Part shown: positions 41,617-50,022 of the stretch, in pieces
How positions within the stretch are numbered: position 1 is the first letter of the stretch
Layout of the letters: the number at the start of each line of letters is the position of its first letter
From: Candidatus Kaiserbacteria bacterium
GTDB lineage: Bacteria > Patescibacteriota > Minisyncoccia > Phycocordibacterales > UBA2100
Direction of reading: 5' to 3'
DNA: 64,000 nucleotides
Assembly: GCA_016432285.1 (NCBI GenBank)
Contig: CP066682.1
Location: forward strand, 15,026-79,025
Program-made: the position numbers and the translations under genes
The notes under the pieces: generated by a model
Seen by the model: only the letters and a program-made list of their open reading frames with translations
Database searches by the model: none
Told to the model about the DNA's origin: nothing

Positions 41617-41919
41617 CTAGAAAACAACCTCGAAATTCTCGAGCTGCTCGCCCGCTTGGCGCCATTCCACATGCACGTCCGACACCCGCGCGAGGAAGGG
41701 GCCCTTCCGCAGGTGCGCGATCAATTTCTCAAGCCTGTCGTGGTAACCCTGCGCAACGACCTCTACCATAAAATCGGAAGTGTTGCGGACGTAGCCCGTA
41801 AGCGCGAGGTGCCGGGCGTGCTTTACCACGAAATCCCGGAAGAAGACGCCCTGTACTTTGCCCTTGACGATGCATCGGATCTCCTCGGTTTGCATGTGCG
41901 CGGTGAGGGATTTGGTCAC
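41617..41919 (-). CDS. acyP: Acylphosphatase
   Basis: Signature VKGKVQGVFFR and GYVRN. Confidence 0.8.
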   Translation of the reverse strand: MTKSLTAHMQTEEIRCIVKGKVQGVFFRDFVVKHARHLALTGYVRNTSDFMVEVVAQGYHDRLEKLIAHLRKGPFLARVSDVHVEWRQAGEQLENFEVVF

Positions 41920-42032
41920 GGATAATTTTCTGTTGAAAATTTCCGCGACCCCGCCTCGCGCCGTCGCGCTCCGGCTTTCAAATCCCTGCTCCCAAATTTT
42001 ACAACGCCCCTTTCGGGGCGTCGAAAAATTCG

Positions 42033-42106
42033 GGTGCGCGGTGAGGGATTTGAACCCCCGACCTTCTCTGTGTAAAAGAGTTGCTCTACCACTGAGCTAA
42101 CCGCGC
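42033..42106 (-). tRNA. tRNA-Val (anticodon TAC)
   Basis: Folded by hand. Acceptor GCGCGGT/ACCGCGC, anticodon loop TTTACAC and T-loop TTCAAAT. CC but not a full CCA is encoded. Confidence 0.9.
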
Positions 42107-42123
42107 ATCTCTATCCCACCGTG

Positions 42124-42195
42124 TGCCCCCGCTAGGAGTCGAACCCAGATCAACGCCTTAGAAGAGCGCTGCTTTATCCATTAAGCTACAGGGGC
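42124..42195 (-). tRNA. tRNA-Arg (anticodon TCT)
   Basis: Folded by hand. Acceptor GCCCCTG/CGGGGGC, anticodon loop CTTCTAA and T-loop TTCGACT. It lies 17 nt from tRNA-Val. Confidence 0.85.
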
Positions 42196-42253
42196 ATCAG
42201 CCGAGGGACCGAGATTCCAATCGTAGCCGGGGGCGGGGTGGCGGTCAACGATG

Positions 42254-42586
42254 CTATTTCGACGGATCGGTGATTTGAGGCGACGACTGGAGCGATTGGT
42301 AGTTGGTGGCGCGCAGATCAAAGGTGTCGAGCACCGATCGAAGCTGCATACGATTGAGGGGCGCCACGCCGCTTCCTTGCGGTGAGAGGCCGATGCTGTC
42401 GGCGCCCGTAACGATTGAGATCAGCATGGAAGCGCTCCACAGACCGATCGCAAGTGAGATCGCCGCGGCGGCGGCGAGGAGCGTGCGCCAAAAGAAACCC
42501 GCAAGCGCGCGCAACGATTCCGGCTCGTGACGAAAGTCCCACGCATATCGCACGCTCTCCCATGTGTGCATACCGGGGATTTTCAT
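42254..42586 (-). CDS. Small membrane protein, last gene of the pilM/N/O operon (pilus assembly accessory, putative)
   Basis: Single TM helix. It overlaps the upstream pilO-like stop (ATGA). The start was chosen at MKIPGMHTW. Confidence 0.4.
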   Translation of the reverse strand: MKIPGMHTWESVRYAWDFRHEPESLRALAGFFWRTLLAAAAAISLAIGLWSASMLISIVTGADSIGLSPQGSGVAPLNRMQLRSVLDTFDLRATNYQSLQSSPQITDPSK

Positions 42587-43131
42587 GACGTGGGTAGTTC
42601 GGCCGAGGTAAAGACACGCATGCGCACGACGAGACGCCATGCCCCTTTTGCTTCGGCGGCAGGGAGCCGCTCAAGCTGCACGCTCTCGATTGTCGAGGGA
42701 AGCGAGAGCGCGTAGAGCATTTCCGCAGCGCGGAGTGCATGTGCAAATGTGCCTTGCGATTGAATCACGAAGCCCACGGTGTTGAGGGGTTGCGCCGGAT
42801 CGGTGGAAGGCGCCGAAGACACTTGTCCGATCTCGATCGCAGTACCGGAATCGGTGCCCACCTGTTCGATCGTCTCGATCATGCGCACGATGTCCACACC
42901 AGTATGCTCTGCAAGTACAGCCCGCTCCGATTTCGTTTCGCGGGCGATCGCATGGCGGCGCAAGGCAGAGGCTTGCCGCAGCGCCTCCTCCTCATACGAA
43001 GTGCGCACGGCGAGCCGCTCGTCCATGGTGCCGAGCACCGCGAACGCGAACCACCCAAAAGCCGACCACGAAAGCACGGCGAACGCGAGTAGCAGGTATG
43101 CGAGCATGTGCGTGGTGTCTTTCATACTCAA
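42583..43131 (-). CDS. pilO: Type IV pilus assembly protein PilO-like
   Basis: N-terminal TM anchor plus a periplasmic coiled-coil/ferredoxin-like region. Its position after pilM and pilN supports the call. Confidence 0.5.
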   Translation of the reverse strand: MSMKDTTHMLAYLLLAFAVLSWSAFGWFAFAVLGTMDERLAVRTSYEEEALRQASALRRHAIARETKSERAVLAEHTGVDIVRMIETIEQVGTDSGTAIEIGQVSSAPSTDPAQPLNTVGFVIQSQGTFAHALRAAEMLYALSLPSTIESVQLERLPAAEAKGAWRLVVRMRVFTSAELPTS

Positions 43132-43661
43132 AATGCGCCCGTGAGCGTGATCGTAAAGCGGCCTGCGTCCGCACCGGTGCCAGTCAATACATTGAGTGGC
43201 ACCGAAACGGTCTTGAATCGTTTGTCTGCCCGCAGCTGCGCCGCAAACGAGTTGATAGTTTCCCGCGTCGGCGCGCTTCCCGTGAGCATGATCGTACTGT
43301 CGGCACCCGCACTTTGTGCAAACGAAAGCGCCGTGAACAGTACGCCCTTCGGACGCTGCGCGACCACCTCTTTCAGCACGTTGAATCCCGGGGCGGTTGT
43401 CGAGGCCATAGCGATCAGTTGCCGCACGATCGTTTGGCTTTTGCCGAGCTCGATCTGCTCGCTCTTATCTTCCGGCGAAAGCTGGGGCGGGGCGATTACC
43501 TCCTCCACATCATCGGCACGCGTGACGGCATATACCGGGAGGAGCGCCAGCGTACCCACGAGCGCGACCACAATGGCTGCAATCGATCCGAGCAGCAGAA
43601 AGCGCGCGCGGTACAGACGCGACATCTTTTTTTGTGCGGCTTCGGGAAGTACGTTGGTCAT
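43128..43661 (-). CDS. pilN: Type IV pilus assembly protein PilN-like
   Basis: Short cytoplasmic N-terminus (MTNVLPEAAQKKMSRLYRAR), a TM helix and a periplasmic domain. It overlaps pilM and pilO. Confidence 0.55.
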   Translation of the reverse strand: MTNVLPEAAQKKMSRLYRARFLLLGSIAAIVVALVGTLALLPVYAVTRADDVEEVIAPPQLSPEDKSEQIELGKSQTIVRQLIAMASTTAPGFNVLKEVVAQRPKGVLFTALSFAQSAGADSTIMLTGSAPTRETINSFAAQLRADKRFKTVSVPLNVLTGTGADAGRFTITLTGAF

Positions 43662-44803
43662 ATCAGTGAGACGCCTCGGAGCGCGAGGCCGACGGCCGTG
43701 GCATATTGCAGCGACTCACGATACGTGATCGGCGGTACGTAGTCGTCGAAATCCGCGACATTCTTCCACACATTGGGTTGGTCGGTGGGTGCTTGCACGC
43801 GACCGGCGATGTAGTCAGTGATGCCCTTCATGTTGGAGGTACCGCCGAGGAGGTACACCTGCTCCACCGGAGTCATGCGCTCGCCGTGCTCGTTGCGACG
43901 CGTGTCCCAGTAGTGATAGTGACGCGCCACCTCGTCCGCGAGCGCTGCCGCCGCACCGGCAACGGCTTCGGCACCGGGGGATTTCGCGCCCCCCTCCGGG
44001 GCAATACCCTGCTCGTTGTTGAACTTCATCGCTTCCGCTTCGCTCAGGGAGAGCTTTTCCATGATGGCCTTGATCACGGTGCCGCCGCCGATGGAGACGG
44101 TCGAGGTAAAAATGGGAATGCCGCGCTTCAAGACGGCAAAGCCGCTTCGCGTGCGGCCGAAGTCCACGAGGAGGGTGATCGGGTCGGCGCCCTCCCGACT
44201 CGAGATCGCCCGCGCGATCGAGCTTGCCTCAAGCTCGAGGGAAGCGAGCGGGAGATCGGCGGCGGCGAAGGCCGCCGCGTAGCTTTCGGAAATATCGCGC
44301 GGAAAGACGACGACCCCGATTTCTTCTCCGGCCCCGTTCTTCTCGATGAGATTAAAATCGTAGACGGCGGCGGAGGGCGGAATCGGTACGCGCGCCTCCA
44401 GCTCAAACTCGATGAGACTCAAAATCTGCGCGCGGCGCGAACCCGGAGGCACTTGCATGCTAAAGACGTACGCTGCCTCCTCCGGCAGGGCGGCGTGCGC
44501 GCATTCAATGCCTCGAAGCTCCTTTTTTACCGCAGCAAGAATCGAGACAAGCCCCTCTTTGTCATGCACGAAACCACCCACAACGACACCCTCGGGAATC
44601 GCAATCTCCCCCCACGAACGCACCCGGAGGCCGTTGCCTTTTTTTGCGCTCTCGAGTGCGAGCCATTTGACCGACGCGTCGGAGATGTCGATGCCGGCCG
44701 ATGGCGGCGCAAGGAGCCGCGGCGTCGGAAACGCGCGAGAAAGCGTGCGTGAAAATCCGCGCACGCTCTCCGGCAGATGGATCTGCACGGACGAAAGCTG
44801 CAT
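43658..44803 (-). CDS. pilM: Type IV pilus assembly ATPase-like protein PilM (actin/FtsA fold)
   Basis: N-terminal GIDISDASVKWLALE and a second GGGT phosphate motif typical of PilM/FtsA-like proteins. The start is set at MQLSSV. Confidence 0.75.
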   Translation of the reverse strand: MQLSSVQIHLPESVRGFSRTLSRAFPTPRLLAPPSAGIDISDASVKWLALESAKKGNGLRVRSWGEIAIPEGVVVGGFVHDKEGLVSILAAVKKELRGIECAHAALPEEAAYVFSMQVPPGSRRAQILSLIEFELEARVPIPPSAAVYDFNLIEKNGAGEEIGVVVFPRDISESYAAAFAAADLPLASLELEASSIARAISSREGADPITLLVDFGRTRSGFAVLKRGIPIFTSTVSIGGGTVIKAIMEKLSLSEAEAMKFNNEQGIAPEGGAKSPGAEAVAGAAAALADEVARHYHYWDTRRNEHGERMTPVEQVYLLGGTSNMKGITDYIAGRVQAPTDQPNVWKNVADFDDYVPPITYRESLQYATAVGLALRGVSLI

Positions 44804-44823
44804 GCTGAAAGTATACCGCGCCT

Positions 44824-45156
44824 TTATCGCAACTTTGTGCCGGGAGGCACCTCGCGCTCGGGGAAAAGCAGCGCAACCCCCGACTCGTCGCTCGCGGCGA
44901 GAAGCATGCCCGCGCTTTCGATGCCGCGCAGCACGCGCGGCGCGAGATTCACCACGTACGGCAACCGCCTGCCGACCAGCTCCTCCGGTTTTTTCCACTG
45001 TGCGATGCCCGAAACGATCGTGCGCACGCCAAGCTCACCAAAATCGACGGTGCACTTGATCAACTTGTCGGTTTCCGGGACGAGCTCGGCGGCTTTCACT
45101 TCGCCGATCCGTATGTCGAGCTTCGCGAAATCGTCGTAGGTGATTTCCGGCAACAT
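44824..45156 (-). CDS. Stand-alone tRNA-binding domain protein (Trbp111/CsaA/MetG C-terminal-domain-like)
   Basis: The 110-aa OB-fold tRNA_bind domain (IRIGEVKAAELVPETDKLIKCTVDFGE...) is homologous to the C-terminal appendage of long MetRS. Confidence 0.8.
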   Translation of the reverse strand: MLPEITYDDFAKLDIRIGEVKAAELVPETDKLIKCTVDFGELGVRTIVSGIAQWKKPEELVGRRLPYVVNLAPRVLRGIESAGMLLAASDESGVALLFPEREVPPGTKLR

Positions 45157-45161
45157 AGCGC

Positions 45162-45554
45162 CTACTCTACCGCGCGCGGGTGCATATCCAAATACCGCTG
45201 AAGGATCACGGCCGCGGCTGCCGCATCGTTGTGCGGGGAGCCGGGTGGCGCGAATCGCGCCGCCTCCTGGCTGCTCCAGCTCTCCGGCACGAGCTCGACC
45301 GGGATACCGCCGCGTGAGAGGTCGGCGACAAACTCCTCCGCCGCCTTGGTGATCGTGTTTTCCGCGCCGCCTCCGGTGCGCGTGTCGCCCACCACAATGA
45401 GCTGCACGCCCTCGTCTGTGGCGAGCGTCAAAAGCGAGCGCACGATCTTCTCGTCATTGGTGATGACCGCGCGCGGAAAAGCGATCGCGCCGCGATCGTC
45501 GGAAATCGCGACGCCGATGTTCTTCGTCCCATAGTCCACTCCCATGCACTTCAT
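45162..45554 (-). CDS. ruvX: Holliday junction resolvase-like protein RuvX/YqgF
   Basis: N-terminal MGVDYGTKNIGVAISD, the RNase H-like YqgF signature. Confidence 0.85.
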   Translation of the reverse strand: MKCMGVDYGTKNIGVAISDDRGAIAFPRAVITNDEKIVRSLLTLATDEGVQLIVVGDTRTGGGAENTITKAAEEFVADLSRGGIPVELVPESWSSQEAARFAPPGSPHNDAAAAAVILQRYLDMHPRAVE

Positions 45555-45557
45555 ATG

Positions 45558-45971
45558 CTAATTGTCGGCGAGTTTTGATGTTTTGTACAACTCCGGCTTG
45601 TGCGGCTTGAGGCGCACAGTTCGGACATTCATTCCTGCTTTCTGCAAATCATCTTCGAGATCTCTCACATACATTCCTTCCTGATCATAGCCGAGCGCGA
45701 TCAGATCCGGCCGCGCCGCTGCGATGTGTGCGACATAGCCAATCTCGTCGCTCAGTACAACCTCATCGACGAGTGGGTGCTTTCGGAGGAGTGCGCACCG
45801 TTCACTTTCTGAATGTCGCGGACGAAATCCCTTGATTCGCTCCACGTTGCGATCCCGCGCAAGCGAGACGATGAGATGCGGATCCGCGGCGAGCGCTCTC
45901 GCCTGCTTGAAAAAATCTTCGTGTCCGGGGTGCACGATGTCGAAGGTGCCGAACACCATGATGCGCGTCAT
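45558..45971 (-). CDS. Cytidylyltransferase-family nucleotidyltransferase, probably an FMN adenylyltransferase (archaeal RibL-like)
   Basis: N-terminal [11 protein letters not shown], an (H/T)xGH nucleotidyltransferase motif. It overlaps the downstream riboflavin kinase gene by 4 nt. Confidence 0.6.
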   Translation of the reverse strand: MTRIMVFGTFDIVHPGHEDFFKQARALAADPHLIVSLARDRNVERIKGFRPRHSESERCALLRKHPLVDEVVLSDEIGYVAHIAAARPDLIALGYDQEGMYVRDLEDDLQKAGMNVRTVRLKPHKPELYKTSKLADN

Positions 45972-46315
45972 ACCGCCCGAAAAAAGGCACGCGCCGCTGC
46001 CGCATCTTGCTCGATCGCGGCCCGCAGCGCTTCGTCGCTGTCGTACACGGCGCTCTCGCGAATCTTTTTCAAGAGCTCAACCTCAATCTCTCTGCCGTAG
46101 AGGTCGACGCTCGCGTCGAGGACGTGGGCTTCGAGCAGGTTGCGCTTCTGGTCCGCAAAAGCGACCGCCGGATGCACATCCCCCGCCACGTATACGCGGG
46201 CTACGAAGATACCTGTGATCGCCGGGTCGTCGAGCGTAATGTTGAGCGTGGGAAAACCGAGCGCGGACGCGCGCTTATTGCCGTTCTGTACCACTCCTTT
46301 ATACATATGCCCCAT
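45968..46315 (-). CDS. Riboflavin kinase (flavokinase domain, RibF C-terminal-domain-like) as a separate gene
   Basis: [20 protein letters not shown] matches the flavokinase G-rich motif and the PTAN motif of bacterial RibF C-terminal domains. It is 115 aa. Confidence 0.6.
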   Translation of the reverse strand: MGHMYKGVVQNGNKRASALGFPTLNITLDDPAITGIFVARVYVAGDVHPAVAFADQKRNLLEAHVLDASVDLYGREIEVELLKKIRESAVYDSDEALRAAIEQDAAAARAFFRAV

Positions 46316-46316
46316 G

Positions 46317-46401
46317 CGGAGGGGGTGAGATTCGAACTCACGGTGGGTTTCCCCACTCTTGTTTTCAAGACAAGCGCTTTAGACCTCTCAGCCACCCCTC
46401 C
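46317..46401 (-). tRNA. tRNA-Ser (anticodon TGA), long variable arm
   Basis: Folded by hand. Acceptor GGAGGGG/CCCCTCC, anticodon arm CTTGT-CTTGAAA-ACAAG, a long variable arm, T-loop TTCGAAT and discriminator G. Confidence 0.9.
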
Positions 46402-46480
46402 GAGGCTCGTTGTATCACGTATTTCGACTATACACAGCGACAGCAAAACGGCCTTCACGAGCGGGGTACAATTGCCCCAT

Positions 46481-46885
46481 ATGAAAAACAGAGGCTTTAC
46501 GCTTATCGAATTACTCGTCGTGATCGCAATTATCGGCCTTTTGGCGTCGATCGTCATCGCCTCGCTCTCCACCGTCCAGGCCAAGGCCCGCGATGCCCGC
46601 CGCATGGAAGACGTCAACGCCCTCCAAAAAGCGCTCACCATTTACCTCAGCAACCACGGCTACTACCCGATTTTCACCTCGACGACGACTGTCATTTCGA
46701 CCTCAACCGTGGGAGCGGCGCTCGTGGCTGACGAAGCGATCCCCACCACGCCGGCCGATCCGTCGGTCTATCAGTACAACTACCGCTCCGACACCTCCGG
46801 CAGCACGTACGACCTCAACTTCTGTCTCGAGACCAACACAGTAAGAAATTACGCGCAGGGCTGCGAAAACTACCTGAGACCGTAA
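46481..46885 (+). CDS. Type IV pilin/pseudopilin (prepilin N-terminal cleavage and methylation motif)
   Basis: MKNRGFTLIELLVVIAIIGLLASI is the class III signal peptide plus the conserved hydrophobic helix. Two Cys near the C-terminus could form a disulfide loop. Confidence 0.85.
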   Translation: MKNRGFTLIELLVVIAIIGLLASIVIASLSTVQAKARDARRMEDVNALQKALTIYLSNHGYYPIFTSTTTVISTSTVGAALVADEAIPTTPADPSVYQYNYRSDTSGSTYDLNFCLETNTVRNYAQGCENYLRP

Positions 46886-46954
46886 TCGTTTGATCGCAGG
46901 AGAGCGCCGGACAGGTATTCCCTGTCCAGCGCTCTTTTTGGCAAGCGCAGTGCG

Positions 46955-47446
46955 ATGCTGCGATACAATACGAGCATGATGGAACATGCGGCTCCGATCC
47001 GCTGGCAGGCATACGAGCACGAGCACATCGAGCGCAACCGCGATTGGTTTGTCGCGCTCGGAATCGCTGCCGTTTCTATCGCGCTCATCAGCGCGCTCCT
47101 CGGCAACATCCTCTTCGGTATCCTCATTCTTGTCGCCGCCGTGACGCTCGCGGTACTCGCCAAAAGCCCGCCGCCGCTTGTCCAGTTCGAGGTCTCGGAT
47201 CGTGGCATACGCGTGGCCGGGACGATGCACAAATACGAAGAGATCATCGCCTTCTGGGTGGAGGATCACGACGTGCATCCGCCCGTCCTCTTGGTCGACA
47301 CGATCAAGTGGCTCTCGCCGAATCTCGTGATCCCGATCGAGGGCGTCGATCACCGGCAGGTGCGCGCCTTCCTCGCGGAGCGGTGCGAAGAAAAGCCCAT
47401 GAAGGAGCCGATCTCGCACAAGATCCTGGAATTTTTCGGACTCTGA
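46955..47446 (+). CDS. Hypothetical membrane protein
   Basis: Two TM helices, with no recognised family. Confidence 0.4.
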   Translation: MLRYNTSMMEHAAPIRWQAYEHEHIERNRDWFVALGIAAVSIALISALLGNILFGILILVAAVTLAVLAKSPPPLVQFEVSDRGIRVAGTMHKYEEIIAFWVEDHDVHPPVLLVDTIKWLSPNLVIPIEGVDHRQVRAFLAERCEEKPMKEPISHKILEFFGL

Positions 47447-49531
47447 TTAGTTGCTTACTTCCACGGTCGTCGTGGCGTTGCGCTCGCCGCCGCCCTGCGT
47501 CGTGCACTTCAGATTGAAAGCGGCGGTGTTCGTGAGCGCGGGCGTCATCGCCGTGCCATTCACGTTTGTGTTGTTTTTGTTCTGCTCGGTGAAATCCGGA
47601 AGGTCGACACTCGAGATCACGCACGCCTGCATGCCGGAAGTCACCCACCCGATTCTCGATTGCTCGCCGCTTTTCACGTTCTTCGGATTGGCGATCAGCA
47701 CGATCGAGGGTTTTGCGACCTGCACGTTGCACTGCTGCGTCGCCACCTGTCCACCGCTCGTGCACTTGAGGCTATAGGTTGCGGTGTTGGTGTTCCCCGG
47801 CGGCGTGCCGAGCGTTGCGGTGGCGGAGCCCGATTGCGCACCGCCCGTTTGGAAACCCGACCCTTCGCTCGTCCCGGCGGAGCAGGAGTACGAGATCGCG
47901 ACAGACATGCCGACATCGGCAACATCGGGCTGGCACGAGATTTGCGCCGAGAGTGTGGCACCGCTACTGCCGGACGGGACACACTGCCAGCCGTTTACGC
48001 AGTTGCCGCCGTACGTCGGGCGCCACGCTCCGCCCGCGCAACCCGAAGGATTTGGCTGCGGTGGGGAGCTCGGGCAGTTTTGCCCCTGTGCGGGCGCGGG
48101 CGCGCAGGCGTTGCCGGCGCAACCGTACTGACACTGTTGCACCACGTTATCGACGCACTGATTGTTGCGCTGCATGAGCGACGTGCCGCTACAGAGATAC
48201 TGCGGCTGGCAGGTGCCAGGTGCCTGCGGCGTTTGATTGCCGGCCGGCGGCGGACTTTTCTTCCCTCCCTGCTGACCGCCTCCTAAAAGTTTTTGCAGTG
48301 CTTGCATCCAGTCTCCTCCGCCGCCTTTGTTGAACGTATCGTTTGTCCCGGTACCGGTTCCCGTGCCAGTGCCTGTTCCGGTCCCGGTGCCGGTCCCTGT
48401 TCCAGTGCCGGTGCCGGTTCCTGTTCCGGTTCCTTTCTTCCAGCACACATTGAGGCCCGCATCGCATCCGTACGCAGGATTCGCGGCCTTTGTCGCATCA
48501 TATGGCTCGAACGTCGCGTTCGCCGGCGGCGGAGCGGTGGCAACCTTTTGCGCTGCGAGCAATTTTCTCTCTTCCGAGAGCCTTTTGAGCGCGTCATCGT
48601 TGAGTGCGGCTTTCTGCTGAGCAGCACTCGCCTCTTTTTTCAAACCGGCCAACTGTTCGCATTCTGCCTGCGAAAGTGCTATCCGAGCGGTGGCCGAACT
48701 GAGCGAGCGGCATGTCTCATCGGTGATTCCTTGTTTGCCGAGTTGGGCGATTTGATCCGCCGCCGATTTCTGCGAAGCAGCCGCCGCATCTTTCTCAGCC
48801 TGTGCTTTTTTCTGCTCCTCATTGAGGACACTATTGAGTGCATCGTTGACTTGCGGCGAGAGCGTTCCGCCGATCTCGTCGAGAATCTTTTTCTTCTCTG
48901 CGGGAGTCTTGGCATCCTGCCAGGCCGATTTCAAGCCCTCAAGCTGTTTGTCGGCCACGTTGAGATCGTCTCCGGGCTTCACGCCGTCCGCGACCTTGCG
49001 GCAGTTGCCCTCTCCACCAATACAATATTCTACCTGGCACCTTGCCGGAGGCTGACCGGTGCAGCTTTTGAGTGACTGGCCTTTTGAGCAAGAGAGATTC
49101 GGCGCCTCCGCCGGACAGCCCACCTGCGCGCCGGCACGCACCGGCTTCACCGTCACCGACCCTTTGCTCTCAATAACTTTGTAGTTGAATCCCGGGCGGC
49201 AGCTTTGCTCAAGCTTTTTAATATCTTTCACGACACCCTCCTGCGAGCACGCCCAGTTGACGTACACGTCGTTGCCGCGCGCGTCTTTGTACACCTTGCC
49301 GGTGGTCTCTTTGTCGACGATGACGTTTGGTTTGTTCTCGGCGCTCGGCCCGGCGGGCGCAGCCATCGAAGCCGGCCCCACGGCAAGCACGCCGCTCGCT
49401 GTCTGTGTTTCCCCATTGCTGGCGACACTGCCAACAAGATCCGCGACGGCGGCCGCGGCGCCCACCATGCCAAGGAGAACGAGGCTCGCGAGAATAGAAG
49501 CGCCGCGGCTACCCCGCGTGAGTGAAGACAT
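47447..49531 (-). CDS. Large secreted cysteine-rich protein with a (Gly-Thr)n linker and C-terminal Ig-like domains
   Basis: Signal peptide, many Cys pairs, a coiled-coil Lys/Ala/Gln-rich segment and about 14 GT repeats. The two C-terminal beta domains resemble the C-terminus of the 54738..56060 protein. Confidence 0.5.
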   Translation of the reverse strand: MSSLTRGSRGASILASLVLLGMVGAAAAVADLVGSVASNGETQTASGVLAVGPASMAAPAGPSAENKPNVIVDKETTGKVYKDARGNDVYVNWACSQEGVVKDIKKLEQSCRPGFNYKVIESKGSVTVKPVRAGAQVGCPAEAPNLSCSKGQSLKSCTGQPPARCQVEYCIGGEGNCRKVADGVKPGDDLNVADKQLEGLKSAWQDAKTPAEKKKILDEIGGTLSPQVNDALNSVLNEEQKKAQAEKDAAAASQKSAADQIAQLGKQGITDETCRSLSSATARIALSQAECEQLAGLKKEASAAQQKAALNDDALKRLSEERKLLAAQKVATAPPPANATFEPYDATKAANPAYGCDAGLNVCWKKGTGTGTGTGTGTGTGTGTGTGTGTGTGTGTNDTFNKGGGGDWMQALQKLLGGGQQGGKKSPPPAGNQTPQAPGTCQPQYLCSGTSLMQRNNQCVDNVVQQCQYGCAGNACAPAPAQGQNCPSSPPQPNPSGCAGGAWRPTYGGNCVNGWQCVPSGSSGATLSAQISCQPDVADVGMSVAISYSCSAGTSEGSGFQTGGAQSGSATATLGTPPGNTNTATYSLKCTSGGQVATQQCNVQVAKPSIVLIANPKNVKSGEQSRIGWVTSGMQACVISSVDLPDFTEQNKNNTNVNGTAMTPALTNTAAFNLKCTTQGGGERNATTTVEVSN
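48345..48434. repeat. Tandem hexanucleotide repeat (GTNCCN)x15 encoding (Gly-Thr)n on the minus strand
   Basis: Fifteen consecutive imperfect copies of gtnccn were read in the sequence. They fall in frame within CDS 47447..49531. Confidence 0.8.
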
Positions 49532-49618
49532 GCACGCATGATACCCCGGGAAGCCGAAGGGTGTTTAAAAAATGTGGAAAAACGCGGAAATAATGGTACA
49601 TTTCCTTCGTTCGCTGAC

Positions 49619-49693
49619 GCCCTCGTCGTTCAATGGATAGGACGCATCCTTGCGGAGGATGTAATGTGGGTTCGATTCCTGCCGAGGGCACCA
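49619..49693 (+). tRNA. tRNA-Arg (anticodon GCG), CCA encoded
   Basis: Folded by hand. Acceptor GCCCTCG/CGAGGGC (7 Watson-Crick pairs), anticodon arm CATCC-TTGCGGA-GGATG, T-loop TTCGATT and a 3' ACCA. Confidence 0.8.
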
Positions 49694-49694
49694 A

Positions 49695-49958
49695 CTAAGC
49701 GATCGCGCGCAGTTTCTTCGTGAGGCGTGATTTCATGCGGGCTGCCGTATTCTTTTTGATCGTCCCGTTCTTTGCCGCCTTGTCGATCGCCTGGTAGAGC
49801 GCGGGAAGACCCCCGGCTGCTTCGCCCGCCTTTTTGGCGGTGATGAGTTTCGAGACGGTTTTTACGCTGGTCTTCATCGCGCGCGAGCGGCGCGCGTTGA
49901 AAACGCGGCGCCGGAGGGCGACGCGCTGTGCCTTTTTTGCCGAACTCGTATTCGCCAT
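49695..49958 (-). CDS. rpsT: 30S ribosomal protein S20
   Basis: MANTSSAKKAQRVALRRRVFNARRSRAMKT... matches S20. The start was reset from the over-extended track ORF. Confidence 0.85.
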   Translation of the reverse strand: MANTSSAKKAQRVALRRRVFNARRSRAMKTSVKTVSKLITAKKAGEAAGGLPALYQAIDKAAKNGTIKKNTAARMKSRLTKKLRAIA

Positions 49959-50022
49959 GTGCGCGGATACTACACGCTTTTTTTGGGGGGCGCAAGAAGA
50001 GCGCCTGGGGTATGATGTCTCT

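Noticed and set aside
48345-48434. Considered whether the regular 6-nt periodic repeat could be a CRISPR-like array or a non-coding satellite
   Set aside because: The unit is only 6 nt with no spacers. It lies in frame inside a long ORF and simply encodes (Gly-Thr)n. No CRISPR repeat-spacer architecture or cas genes were seen anywhere in the window.
49538-49723. ORF 49538..49723(+) of 61 aa
   Set aside because: It overlaps the well-folded tRNA-Arg(GCG) gene and the start of rpsT. It is almost certainly spurious.
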